Positions 16,263 to 25,656 of a stretch of 36,416 bases of DNA are shown here, one piece after another (the stretch's first letter is position 1; the number at the start of each line of letters is the position of its first letter). The stretch is taken from the UHGV virus genome UHGV-1512937, one strand, 5' to 3'. Below the pieces are notes generated by a model that was given only the letters and a program-made list of their open reading frames with translations, ran no database searches and was not told the DNA's origin. The position numbers and the translations under genes were made by a program. The stretch is from a virus.

Positions 16263-17755
16263 TGGCGAGGGGTATCTGGGTTTCACCCGATGAATTTGTT
16301 GCTTTTTCTGAGCCTCAGAAATCACTGACCGCGCAGATTGCCTCCCGCAGCCGCGCGATCGACTTTTACGGACTGGGCATGTATCTGCCCAATCCTGATC
16401 CCATTCTCAAGGCTCAGGGACGGGATATCCGTATCTACCGCGAACTGCGCACCGACCCGCTGGTCGGAGGCTGTATCCGCAGACGTAAAGCAGCGCTCAA
16501 ATCGCTGGAGCGTGGACTGGAGCGCGGTCACGCTTCTGCCCGGGTCTTCCGTTTCATCCGCGACATGCTCGACGATCTGGATCTGTCCCGCATCATCGGT
16601 GAGATGAGCGATGCCGTGCTCTACGGGTATCAGCCCTGTGAAATCATGTGGGGCCGTTCGGTCAGGGCGTGGGCGGTGACGGATATTGTCGGCAAACCGC
16701 CTGAGTGGTTTCAGTTTGATACGGACAACTGCCTGCGCTTCCGGGCGCGTGATGCGGGTGTGGAGGGTGAGCTGCTGTCACCGTCAAAATTCGTGGTGCC
16801 GGCACAGGATGCCTCGTATGACAATCCTTACGGTTTCCCGGACCTGTCCATGTGCTTCTGGCCGGTCGCCTTCAAGAAAGGCGGGATGAAATTCTGGCTC
16901 CGCTTTGCCGAAAAGTTTGGCTCCCCGTGGGTGATCGGTAAGCACCCGAGGGGTGCAAATGATGCAGAGATTGAAAAACTGCTGGACTCCATGGAGCAGA
17001 TGGTGGAGGACGCTGTGGCCGCCATCCCCGATGACAGCAGCATTGAACTCAAAGCCGCGGATGGCAAGGCGGACAGCAGCGAGGTATTCCGCGAGCTGAT
17101 CACGCTGTCACGCAGTGAGATCTCCATTGCATTACTCGGTCAGAATCAGACCACGGAAGCGAACAGTAACAAGGCCTCTGCACAGGCCGGGCTGGAGGTG
17201 ACGGCTGATATCCGCGATGCGGATGCGGACATCATTCAGGCGGCAGTGAATCAGGTCATCAGAACGGTGGTCACCCTGAACTTCGGCGATGTGCCGTGTC
17301 CGGTCTGGGCCATGTGGGAACAGGAGGCCATTGATGACACCCGTGCCACCCGCGACGAAAAACTCACCCGCGCGGGACTACGCCTGACCCCGCAGTACTT
17401 CATGCGGGAGTACCAGCTGCAGGAGGGGGATATTGACCTCTCTGATGCACCGGTTGCGGACGGGGCAGTGCCTGCGGAGTTTGCCGAGGCGATAAGCGCC
17501 GATCATGATGCACAACAGCAGCTTGACGACGCGCTGGACATTCTGATGAACGGAGGTGTGTTAAATGGCACGCTGGAACCCGTCCTGGCACCTCTGTTCA
17601 GGCGGGTCGAAAACGGGGTTAACCCGTCTGAGCTGCTGGGCGAACTGGCGGAGCTCTACCCTCAGATGAACACGGACGATCTGCAGGAGCGGCTGGCCCG
17701 CATTCTCTTTGTGGCAAATATCTGGGGGCGTCTGCATGAGCGTGACAACGGCTGA
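16262..17755 (+). CDS. portal protein (Mu gp29 / DUF935 family)
   Basis: 497 aa; start overlaps the terminase stop; order terminase-portal-F. Confidence 0.8.
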   Translation: MARGIWVSPDEFVAFSEPQKSLTAQIASRSRAIDFYGLGMYLPNPDPILKAQGRDIRIYRELRTDPLVGGCIRRRKAALKSLERGLERGHASARVFRFIRDMLDDLDLSRIIGEMSDAVLYGYQPCEIMWGRSVRAWAVTDIVGKPPEWFQFDTDNCLRFRARDAGVEGELLSPSKFVVPAQDASYDNPYGFPDLSMCFWPVAFKKGGMKFWLRFAEKFGSPWVIGKHPRGANDAEIEKLLDSMEQMVEDAVAAIPDDSSIELKAADGKADSSEVFRELITLSRSEISIALLGQNQTTEANSNKASAQAGLEVTADIRDADADIIQAAVNQVIRTVVTLNFGDVPCPVWAMWEQEAIDDTRATRDEKLTRAGLRLTPQYFMREYQLQEGDIDLSDAPVADGAVPAEFAEAISADHDAQQQLDDALDILMNGGVLNGTLEPVLAPLFRRVENGVNPSELLGELAELYPQMNTDDLQERLARILFVANIWGRLHERDNG

Positions 17756-18557
17756 ACTGGCGTACTGCATGACGCTTCCCCCGAAGCGGGCAGTCAGCTA
17801 CCTGAAGTCCAAAGGGTATCAGATTACCTGGGACTGGGAGGAGATGTGGCAGGAAGCCCATGCCCGCGCCTTTACCGTCGCTAAAGTGACCCGCCTGGAT
17901 ATCCTGGAAGATATTCGCGGGGCACTGCAGCAGGCTGTCGATGAAGGAAAAACCGATCGCTGGTTCCGGCAGGCGCTGGAGCCGGTGCTGAAGCGTAAGG
18001 GATGGTGGGGACCACGTGACACGACTGACCCGGTAACGGGTGAGCCGGTCACCATTCAGCAGGGCAGTCCGTGGCGGCTCGATACCATCTTTCGCACCAA
18101 TATGTCCGTACTCTACAGCGCCGGTCGTTGGGCGGAGCAGATGGAAAACGTCGACGACAGGCCGTACTGGATGTATACCGGCATCAACGACAGCCATACC
18201 CGCAGGAGCCATCTGGCGCTGCATGGTCTGGTGCTGCGCTGGGATGACCCGTTCTGGCAGGCATTTTACCCGCCGAACGGCTGGCGCTGCCGCTGTAGTG
18301 TGATTGCCCTGAGTGCGGCGGATGTACGTGCCCGTGGCCTGAAGGTTATCAGCTCCGGCTCTGTCATGGGCCAGGAACTGAAACTGGTCTCAGAGAAAAC
18401 CGGCGAAATGCGGAACGTGGCCACCTTTAATACCGGCACCACGAAGGTGACCACCGACGTCGGCTGGTCTTATGCACCGGGGGCAGCATACCGTCCCGAC
18501 CTGGCCCGCTATCAGGGTACGTTTCAGCCACTGGCACAACAGGAACTGAGAGGATAA
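17736..18557 (+). CDS. head morphogenesis protein (Mu F / SPP1 gp7 family)
   Basis: Start moved to the ATG at 17736 (MSVTTAEL); the WRCRCSV and HTRRSHLALHG region resembles the Mu F family. Confidence 0.8.
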   Translation: MSVTTAELAYCMTLPPKRAVSYLKSKGYQITWDWEEMWQEAHARAFTVAKVTRLDILEDIRGALQQAVDEGKTDRWFRQALEPVLKRKGWWGPRDTTDPVTGEPVTIQQGSPWRLDTIFRTNMSVLYSAGRWAEQMENVDDRPYWMYTGINDSHTRRSHLALHGLVLRWDDPFWQAFYPPNGWRCRCSVIALSAADVRARGLKVISSGSVMGQELKLVSEKTGEMRNVATFNTGTTKVTTDVGWSYAPGAAYRPDLARYQGTFQPLAQQELRG

Positions 18558-18559
18558 CA

Positions 18560-19018
18560 ATGGCTTCCGATAACCTGGTCAGTATCACCATTAACGATAA
18601 ATCCCTGCGCCGGAGCCTCCGTGCGCTGGATCTTGCTGCCACAGACCTGGAGCCCGCGATGCGCAAAATCGCCGGAACCCTGCTGGCGGAAACACAGTTT
18701 AACTTTCTTGATGAGGGGCGTCCGGGGTGGATGCCCTCGCTGGCAGCGGAAGAACGTGACGGGCAGACACTGCAGGATACCGGGCGTCTGATGGGGTCAG
18801 TATCAACCGACCATGACGACCGGCAGGCTGTTGTGGGGACCAACGTTGTTTACGGTGCCATTCACCAGTTCGGGGGTAAAACGGGGCGTAATGAGTCTGT
18901 TGAACTTCCGGCCCGCCCGTTCCTGCCGGTGACGGGGGATGGAGAACTACAGCCTGAAGTGGTAATCCCCATCCTCGATACCATTGTCCGCCATCTTGAA
19001 TCAGCGGCCCGTCGCTGA
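18560..19018 (+). CDS. virion morphogenesis protein (Mu G-like)
   Basis: 152 aa directly after the F-like gene, as in Mu. Confidence 0.55.
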   Translation: MASDNLVSITINDKSLRRSLRALDLAATDLEPAMRKIAGTLLAETQFNFLDEGRPGWMPSLAAEERDGQTLQDTGRLMGSVSTDHDDRQAVVGTNVVYGAIHQFGGKTGRNESVELPARPFLPVTGDGELQPEVVIPILDTIVRHLESAARR

Positions 19019-19060
19019 GTTTTCTCTCTTCAGGCGGGTGATTTATCATTGCCAGCGAAT

Positions 19061-19108
19061 GAGGGGCTGTATTACCTTTATAAAGGCTTTACAGCCTCTG
19101 TTTTATAA
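19061..19108 (+). terminator. candidate intrinsic terminator after the G-like gene
   Basis: Stem GGCTGTA ... TACAGCC enclosing the palindrome CCTTTATAAAGG, followed by TGTTTTAT; lies in the 214-bp gap before the protease/scaffold gene. Confidence 0.35.
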
Positions 19109-19232
19109 CCGCTTCCGGTTCACCGCATTGCTTTCCCTGTCCTTCTCCCCTGATGTTTTCTAAAGCAGATTAAAATCGCCGGGCCTGCATTTCTCACAAA
19201 CTGTCTCCGACAACATAACGCGGGACAGCAAA

Positions 19233-20348
19233 ATGTCAGCCATTCACATTTTTAAAGCCGGTACTCATACCGATATGCACGGCAAAAAACTGCCGTTCAC
19301 GCCAGACGATCTTGCCGCCTGCGTGAAAGCCTATGACCCGTCCGTCCATGAAGCACCACTCGTGATTGGTCATCCCAGAACGGAAGACCCGGCGTGGGGC
19401 TGGGTGAAAGCCCTGTCGCTCAGCGGCGTCGATCTGATGGCAGAGCCTGCCCAGTTGGACCCGCAGTTTGCTGAGATGGTCACCGACGGACGATTCAAAA
19501 AAGTGTCCGCCTCTTTCTACCTCCCGGATTCACCGTCCAATCCGAAGCCCGGCGTGCTCTACCTGCGCCATGTGGGCTTTCTCGGGGCACAGCCACCTTC
19601 CGTCAAGGGGCTGAAACAGGTGTCCTTCAGTGAGCAGGAAGAAGGTGTGGTGGAGTTCGCCGACTGGCAGGCCATCACGAATGCCTCCCTGTGGGGAAAG
19701 CTGCGCGATTTTCTGATCGCCCGCTTCAGTCTGGACGAAGCAGAAAAAGTCCTGCCGGAATGGCAGCTCAACAATCTGCGCGAAGAGGCGTACCGCGACA
19801 CACCGTCGCAGGATGCAGCAGGTGCACAATTCAGTGAGACAGGCCAGGTGCCGTCTTCCGCAAGTAACGAGGAATCATCGATGACAAAAGAAGAGATTGA
19901 AGCCCTTCAGGAGGAGAACCGCCGCCTGAAGCAGCAGGCTGCTGATCGCGATGCGCGTGATGCACAGGCCAGACAGGAGCAACTGCATAAGGACAATGTG
20001 GCCTTTGCAGAAAAACTGGTCGCAGAGGGGCGTCTGGCTCCCCGCGCCTCCTCCGTGGTGGTTGCCCTGCTGGATGCCGTCGCCGGTGGCGACAAGCCGG
20101 TGGAGTTTGCTGAGGGGGAAAGCCGCACGCCGCTGGCCACCGCCTTCCGTTCATTGCTCTCCGACGGGGAGCCGGTGATGAATTTCGCCGAACAGGCCAC
20201 AAAGGAGCGTGTCGGCGACACGGTGAAGGTGGATGTGGCGGAGTTTGCGGAAGCCGATCCTGAGCGTCTGGCCCTGCATCAGAAAGCAGTGGCCCTGTCC
20301 AAAAAAGAAGGCATCAGCTATGAGGCTGCTGTCGCACGCTGCCTGTAA
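19233..20348 (+). CDS. head protease/scaffold protein (Mu I-like)
   Basis: 371 aa; acidic coiled-coil C-terminal half (EEIEALQEENRRLKQQAADRDARDAQARQEQL) typical of scaffold domains; precedes the major capsid gene. Confidence 0.7.
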   Translation: MSAIHIFKAGTHTDMHGKKLPFTPDDLAACVKAYDPSVHEAPLVIGHPRTEDPAWGWVKALSLSGVDLMAEPAQLDPQFAEMVTDGRFKKVSASFYLPDSPSNPKPGVLYLRHVGFLGAQPPSVKGLKQVSFSEQEEGVVEFADWQAITNASLWGKLRDFLIARFSLDEAEKVLPEWQLNNLREEAYRDTPSQDAAGAQFSETGQVPSSASNEESSMTKEEIEALQEENRRLKQQAADRDARDAQARQEQLHKDNVAFAEKLVAEGRLAPRASSVVVALLDAVAGGDKPVEFAEGESRTPLATAFRSLLSDGEPVMNFAEQATKERVGDTVKVDVAEFAEADPERLALHQKAVALSKKEGISYEAAVARCL

Positions 20349-20362
20349 TTTAAGGAGAAATC

Positions 20363-21316
20363 ATGTCTGATTACTTAAAAGGTAAACGTGTCGTTGATCC
20401 GGTACTGACCAGTATCGCCCGAGGCTATAAAAATGCCGCATTCATTGGCGAACGTATTTTCCCCGTCGTGCTGACGGACAAGGAAGGCGTGCGTGTGCCG
20501 ACCTTCGGGAAAACCGCCTTTGTGGAATATGACACTGAGCGTGCCGTCGGGGCGGACAGCAATGTTCTGGTCCGTGAGAAAACCGGCACGCTTGATCTGG
20601 TGCTGGGTGAGCACGATCTGGCTGCGCCGGTGGACTATCGCGAGCAGGCGGAGTCCATGTTTAACGAGGAGAGCAAGGCCATCCGTCGCGCCACGAATGG
20701 CGTGAATCTGCGCCGTGAACTTATCGCCGCCCGTCTGGCTCAGGATGAAAAGGTCTACCGTACCGGGCACGTTAAAAAACTGACAGCCAGTGATCGCTGG
20801 GCCGGTGGTAAGGGGGACCCCATCGGGGTGATTGAAGCCGGTATGGAAGCGGTCCGTACGGCCACGGGGCTGCGTCCTAACCTGATGACCATGGGTGCCA
20901 GCGTGATGGCGCTGCTGAAGTTCCACCCGGCGATTCAGGCTGCCATCGGAGCCAACGAACGCAAGCGCATCACTACGGAGATCCTGCAGGACCTCTTTCA
21001 GATCGAAGAGATCGTCATCGGTGCCCCTGTCTCCCTGCCATCCATGAAAGCGGCAATGGATAGGGACAGCGTGCCGGCGGATATCTGGGGAGACAACCTG
21101 ATGCTGCACTACGTCGGCAAGCCGCAGCCGGGGGCGGACAGCGCGGACGAGAACGAGCCGTCCTTCGGCTACACCCTGCGCCGTAAGGGGATGCCTGTTG
21201 CAGACAAATACGACGGTGCCGGTGGCAAGGTGAAGTACTGCCGTTATACCGATATCTACAAAGTCGCCGTGGTTGGTGGCGATGCCGGGTATCTCATCAC
21301 CGGTATCAGTAAATAA
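20363..21316 (+). CDS. major capsid protein (Mu T-like)
   Basis: 317 aa; AAGGAGA RBS; position after the I-like gene. Confidence 0.8.
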   Translation: MSDYLKGKRVVDPVLTSIARGYKNAAFIGERIFPVVLTDKEGVRVPTFGKTAFVEYDTERAVGADSNVLVREKTGTLDLVLGEHDLAAPVDYREQAESMFNEESKAIRRATNGVNLRRELIAARLAQDEKVYRTGHVKKLTASDRWAGGKGDPIGVIEAGMEAVRTATGLRPNLMTMGASVMALLKFHPAIQAAIGANERKRITTEILQDLFQIEEIVIGAPVSLPSMKAAMDRDSVPADIWGDNLMLHYVGKPQPGADSADENEPSFGYTLRRKGMPVADKYDGAGGKVKYCRYTDIYKVAVVGGDAGYLITGISK

Positions 21317-21325
21317 GGAGGCGTT

Positions 21326-21664
21326 ATGGGAACCACTCAGCAGGTCATTCTGATTACAACCGTAACGGCAGGGGCAGAACTGGCACAGCAGCGTTTTGTC
21401 GGGGCAGATAATACCCCCTGTAAAGCCGGTGCCGCAGCGCTCGGGGTTGCCGAAGTGGATGCTGTTACCGGCGACAGCACGCCGGTGAGCGTTCTGGGCA
21501 TTATTGCTGTTGAGGCCGGTGCTGCGGTCAGCCGTGGTGTGGCTGTTCAGTCAGATGCTCAGGCCAGAGCCGTGCCGCAGTCCGGCGACGGTAAATCCTG
21601 TGGTATTGCACTTGATGAAGCCGGGGGTGAAGGCGACGTCATTCGTATCCTGCGCGGGGTGTGA
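21326..21664 (+). CDS. small Gly/Ala/Val-rich head-associated protein, function unknown
   Basis: 112 aa; AGGAGG RBS; stop overlaps the next start (GTGTGACATG). Confidence 0.5.
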   Translation: MGTTQQVILITTVTAGAELAQQRFVGADNTPCKAGAAALGVAEVDAVTGDSTPVSVLGIIAVEAGAAVSRGVAVQSDAQARAVPQSGDGKSCGIALDEAGGEGDVIRILRGV

Positions 21665-21665
21665 C

Positions 21666-22112
21666 ATGTACTGCACCCTGGAGGATTTGCTTGAGCAGGT
21701 GCCGGAACGAACGCTGATCGAGCTCACCAGTGAAGAGATGGACTTCGACTCGCCTGCGACAGTGAATACCCGTGTGGTGGAGAGCTGTATCCGCTATGCC
21801 GACGAGCTGATTGATGCCCATCTGCGCGGACGCTATATCCTGCCGCTGGCGGAGATACCGACCGTTCTGCGGGACATTGCCATCACGCTGGTCCGTTACC
21901 GGCTCTACGCCCGCCGCCCGGAAGGTGACCTCCCGGATACGGTGAAGGATGACCACAAAGAAGCGCTGCGGCAACTGAAGGAGTTACGTGATAACAGGCT
22001 TACGCTGGGGCTGCCGTCCACTCAGAAAGATATGCCTGAGCCAGGAGAGTTTCGTGTACGCAGCCGCCCGGCCACTTTCGGCGGTCGTGACGGCTTACTG
22101 GAGAAATACTGA
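21666..22112 (+). CDS. Mu gp36-like protein (DUF1320)
   Basis: Start at the ATG at 21666 immediately after the preceding stop; ~148 aa; conserved position between capsid and tail genes. Confidence 0.55.
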   Translation: MYCTLEDLLEQVPERTLIELTSEEMDFDSPATVNTRVVESCIRYADELIDAHLRGRYILPLAEIPTVLRDIAITLVRYRLYARRPEGDLPDTVKDDHKEALRQLKELRDNRLTLGLPSTQKDMPEPGEFRVRSRPATFGGRDGLLEKY

Positions 22113-22576
22113 TGAATGTTCTGCCCGTCCTTGATGCGGTGCTGGCCCGGTTGCGCGAGAAGCTGCCTCAGCTGCAGGTTGAGTACTTCCCGGAAAAGCC
22201 GTCCGAATACCGCCTCAATCATTCTGTCGGGGCGTTGCTGCTGAGCTATGCAGGATCGCGTTTCGACAGGCCGGATGATACCGGTGCGGTGATCCAGCCT
22301 CAGACTATCCAGCTCTGCGTCACGGTGGTCTTCCGACAGCTCAACGGTAAAAAAGGGGCGATTAATGTCCTGGATGCTGTCCGCCGCATTCTTGGTGGCT
22401 ACACCCCGCCCGGGTGCCGCCGCCGTATCTGGCTGACCCGCGAGGTGTTTATCGGTGAAGTCAGGGGGCTGTGGCAGTACGCCCTCGACTTCGCGACTGA
22501 AAGCGTCTTTATCGAAGACAGCGATTTACCGTCCGGCCCGCTGTTAACTGAAGTGAACTATGAGGAAAGCGAGTGA
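22112..22576 (+). CDS. Mu gp37-like protein (DUF1834)
   Basis: 154 aa; start overlaps the upstream stop. Confidence 0.55.
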   Translation: MNVLPVLDAVLARLREKLPQLQVEYFPEKPSEYRLNHSVGALLLSYAGSRFDRPDDTGAVIQPQTIQLCVTVVFRQLNGKKGAINVLDAVRRILGGYTPPGCRRRIWLTREVFIGEVRGLWQYALDFATESVFIEDSDLPSGPLLTEVNYEESE

Positions 22577-22827
22577 TGAAAGAATACCGCTATTCCGGCC
22601 CGGCCAGCGGCGTCACGCTGTCGGACGGAACCGAAATCCTGCTCTGGCCGGGGAAGACTGTTTCCCTGCCGGAGGAGCATGACTACGTGAAGGTACTGGT
22701 GGCGCTGAAGCATCTGACGCCGGTATCTGAAGAAATTAAACCCGCCGGCACACCGGCTGTGCAGTCACCAAAGCGCAGGAACGGCGGTGACAGCGAGGTG
22801 AAAACGGAGGACGCCCATGTCAGCTAA
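22576..22827 (+). CDS. hypothetical small protein
   Basis: ~83 aa; ATG overlaps the gp37-like stop; ends overlapping the sheath start. Confidence 0.45.
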   Translation: MKEYRYSGPASGVTLSDGTEILLWPGKTVSLPEEHDYVKVLVALKHLTPVSEEIKPAGTPAVQSPKRRNGGDSEVKTEDAHVS

Positions 22828-24244
22828 CTATCTGCATGGTCCGGAAACCATTGAAGTGGAAAACGGTGCCCGCCCGGTTAAAACGGTGAAATCTGCCGTT
22901 ATTGGCCTGATTGGTACCGCACCAATGGGGGATGTCAATACGCTGGTACAGTGCCTGTCTGAGAAAGACGCTGCGGCATTTGGCAGCCAGTTCACCGGCT
23001 TTACCATTCCACAGGCGCTGGATGCGATTTATGACCATGGTGCAGGCACCGTTCTGGTCATTAACGTACTCGATCCGTCTGTGCATAAAACCGCTGTGGT
23101 CAGTGAGAATGTGTCGTTCGACAAGGCGACAGGCAGAGCCCGGCTGGCTAATCCGGTGGTCGCGCAGCTGGTACTGAAACCGGACAGCGACGGTCAGCCT
23201 TATGTTGAAGGTCAGGACTACTCGCTTGATGCACAGACCGGGGTGATTACTAACCTGGGTAAAAGCATTGCTGCAGATGCAACGGTGAAGGCCAGCTATA
23301 ACTATGCTGATCCGACCAAAGTCACCCCGGCTGATATCATCGGTACCGTTAACGCTGCAGGCAACCGTACCGGCATGAAGCTGCTTAACGACAGTTTTAA
23401 CCTGTTTGGCTACTTCGCCAAAATCCTGATTGCTCCGGTATTCTGCACCCAGAACAGCGTCTCGGTTGAGCTTATCGCCATGGCTGAGAAACTGGGAGCA
23501 GTAACCTATATTGATGCGCCGGTTGGTACCACTTTTGCGCAGGCTCTGGCGGGACGAGGCCCGGAAGGCACCATTAACTTTAATACCAGCTCTGACCGTG
23601 TCCGCCTGTGCTACCCGCATGTGAAGGTATATGACCCGGTGACGAACACGGAACGTCTGGAGCCACTGAGCCAGCGTGCGGCGGGCCTGCGTGCCAAAGT
23701 CGACCTGGACAAAGGGTACTGGTGGTCATCCTCAAATCAGGAAATTCTGGGGATCACCGGCGTGGAGCGCCAGCTGTCGGCAATGATTGACGATCCGCAG
23801 AGCGAGGTGAACCTGCTTAACGAACAGGGGATCACCACGGTATTCAGCAGTTACGGCAGCGGCCTTCGTCTGTGGGGTAACCGGACGGCAGCATGGCCAA
23901 CGGTCACCCATATGCGTAACTTTGAGAACGTTCGCCGCACCGGTGATGTGATCAATGAGTCCATTCGTTACTTCAGCCAGCAGTACATCGACATGCCGAT
24001 TACTCAGGCGCTGATTGATGCACTGACGGAGTCGGTCAACGCCTACGGTCGCAAAATGACTGGTGATGGCGCGGTACTGGGCTTCCGTTGCTGGTTTGAT
24101 CCGGCCCGCAATCCGGAAACGGAGCTGGCCGCCGGGCACCTGTTGCTGAGCTACAAATATACGCCACCACCGCCGCTGGAGCGACTGACGTTTGAGACTG
24201 AGATCACCTCGGAATACCTGTTAACCCTGAAAGGGGGCAACTGA
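22817..24244 (+). CDS. tail sheath protein
   Basis: 475 aa; N-terminal MSANYLHGPETIEVENGARPVKTVKSAVIGLIGTAP and the GLRLWGNRT region are typical of contractile-tail sheath proteins; followed by the tube gene. Confidence 0.85.
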   Translation: MSANYLHGPETIEVENGARPVKTVKSAVIGLIGTAPMGDVNTLVQCLSEKDAAAFGSQFTGFTIPQALDAIYDHGAGTVLVINVLDPSVHKTAVVSENVSFDKATGRARLANPVVAQLVLKPDSDGQPYVEGQDYSLDAQTGVITNLGKSIAADATVKASYNYADPTKVTPADIIGTVNAAGNRTGMKLLNDSFNLFGYFAKILIAPVFCTQNSVSVELIAMAEKLGAVTYIDAPVGTTFAQALAGRGPEGTINFNTSSDRVRLCYPHVKVYDPVTNTERLEPLSQRAAGLRAKVDLDKGYWWSSSNQEILGITGVERQLSAMIDDPQSEVNLLNEQGITTVFSSYGSGLRLWGNRTAAWPTVTHMRNFENVRRTGDVINESIRYFSQQYIDMPITQALIDALTESVNAYGRKMTGDGAVLGFRCWFDPARNPETELAAGHLLLSYKYTPPPPLERLTFETEITSEYLLTLKGGN

Positions 24245-24765
24245 TGTCAAAGATTGAGATAAACCGAATCACGAATGCCAACATCTATCTGGATGGTACT
24301 AACCTGCTGGGACGGGCTGAGGAGGTTAAACTCCCCGATGTCTCCATGATTATGCAGGAACACAAGGCACTGGGGATGGTGGGTAAGGTGGAACTCCCGG
24401 CTGGTTTTGACAAACTGGAAGGCGAAATCAAATGGAACAGCTTTTACCGCGATGCGATGCTGTCTGCCGCGAACCCGTACAAGTCGCTGGCGCTGCAGTG
24501 TCGCTCCAGCGTCCAGCGCTACAGCTCGCAGGGGCTGATCGACGAAATCCCGCTGGTCACCTTCCTGACAATTATGTTCAAGAAGAACCCGCTGGGGACG
24601 TTTAAACAGCACGAGAACGCCGAGTTCTCCAGTAGCTTCACCTGCACGTATATCAGACAGGTACTGGATGGTGAAGAGTTGCTGCAACTGGACTATCTGG
24701 CCAACATCTTCCGCGTCGGTGGCGTTGATCAACTGACTGACTATCGGATCAATATCGGGGGCTGA
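24244..24765 (+). CDS. tail tube protein
   Basis: 173 aa; start overlaps the sheath stop (ATGA); size and position. Confidence 0.75.
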   Translation: MSKIEINRITNANIYLDGTNLLGRAEEVKLPDVSMIMQEHKALGMVGKVELPAGFDKLEGEIKWNSFYRDAMLSAANPYKSLALQCRSSVQRYSSQGLIDEIPLVTFLTIMFKKNPLGTFKQHENAEFSSSFTCTYIRQVLDGEELLQLDYLANIFRVGGVDQLTDYRINIGG

Positions 24766-24767
24766 CG

Positions 24768-25049
24768 GTGAGTGTTGAACTGACTGACAAAGGAGGGCGA
24801 TGTGCGTCACTGGGCATGTCAAATGGTACGTGGTTTACCCTCCTTGATATTCCGGGGGTGGAAACCCTTTTTAATACCCGTAAAACCAATGACCCGATTG
24901 ACTGCACACGTTCAAAGGCCCGCAAACTGGCCGATTTGATTGAAGCATGGGAGCCGCCCGACCACTGGTTCTCCGGCATCGGCAAATCTGAGGGAAAGGC
25001 GCTTCTCATCGCTTTCCTGCGTAACTGCAAGGGTTTTCGCACTTGCTGA
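24768..25049 (+). CDS. hypothetical protein (GTG start)
   Basis: 93 aa ORF filling the gap between the tube and chaperone genes; no RBS examined. Confidence 0.35.
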   Translation: MSVELTDKGGRCASLGMSNGTWFTLLDIPGVETLFNTRKTNDPIDCTRSKARKLADLIEAWEPPDHWFSGIGKSEGKALLIAFLRNCKGFRTC

Positions 25050-25140
25050 CATCACAGGGGCTCCGGCCCCTTCTTCTTAATCTCCTTTAATATCCGTCAC
25101 GTCCACCGCCAGACATACTGCTCTGAATTTACAAAGGAGT

Positions 25141-25482
25141 ATGATCATGTCACAGACCCAGTCCGATACTTTTACGCTGTCTTATCCTTTCACCACTGCT
25201 GCAGGTACCAGAATTGAACAGATTGAACTGAAACGCCTGACAGTAAAAGACCTGAAGCAGGTGCGCAAAATCAACAAAGACCCGGCAGACTGGGACGAAC
25301 CACTGATTGCCCGTAGCACCGGTATCCTCCCGGAAGACCTCGATAACATGGATCTTGCCGACTATATGGAGCTGCAGAAACGATTTCAGAAAATCACTGG
25401 GCTGGGCAAGAGCGACAAAAACACTGATGCAGGCGCAGGGCCTGCTGGCGAGATGGTTCAGGTTTCAGCCGGGGGAGATTGA
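25141..25482 (+). CDS. tail assembly chaperone (P2 gpE-like)
   Basis: 113 aa acidic protein immediately upstream of the tape measure gene; AAAGGAG RBS. Confidence 0.65.
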   Translation: MIMSQTQSDTFTLSYPFTTAAGTRIEQIELKRLTVKDLKQVRKINKDPADWDEPLIARSTGILPEDLDNMDLADYMELQKRFQKITGLGKSDKNTDAGAGPAGEMVQVSAGGD

Positions 25483-25564
25483 TGCCCTCGATACTGACGA
25501 TCTGGAGATGTGGCTGGAGCAGGCTGAAGAGCAAATCAAAAGCGAGTTCGGCGACAATCAGTAA
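25470..25564 (+). other. candidate programmed-frameshift extension of the tail chaperone (+1 or -2 frame)
   Basis: A run of five G (25471-25475) sits 2 codons before the chaperone stop; the +1 frame continues with an acidic, protein-like tail (EIDALDTDDLEMWLEQAEEQIKSEFGDNQ) to 25564. Confidence 0.4.
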
Positions 25565-25656
25565 CAACGTATCACTTAACAGCCGCCAGTCGCGGCTGTT
25601 CTGCATGGGGTTCAGACACTTCCCTTCCGTTTTTTTGCTTTCAGAGGATAGCCACC

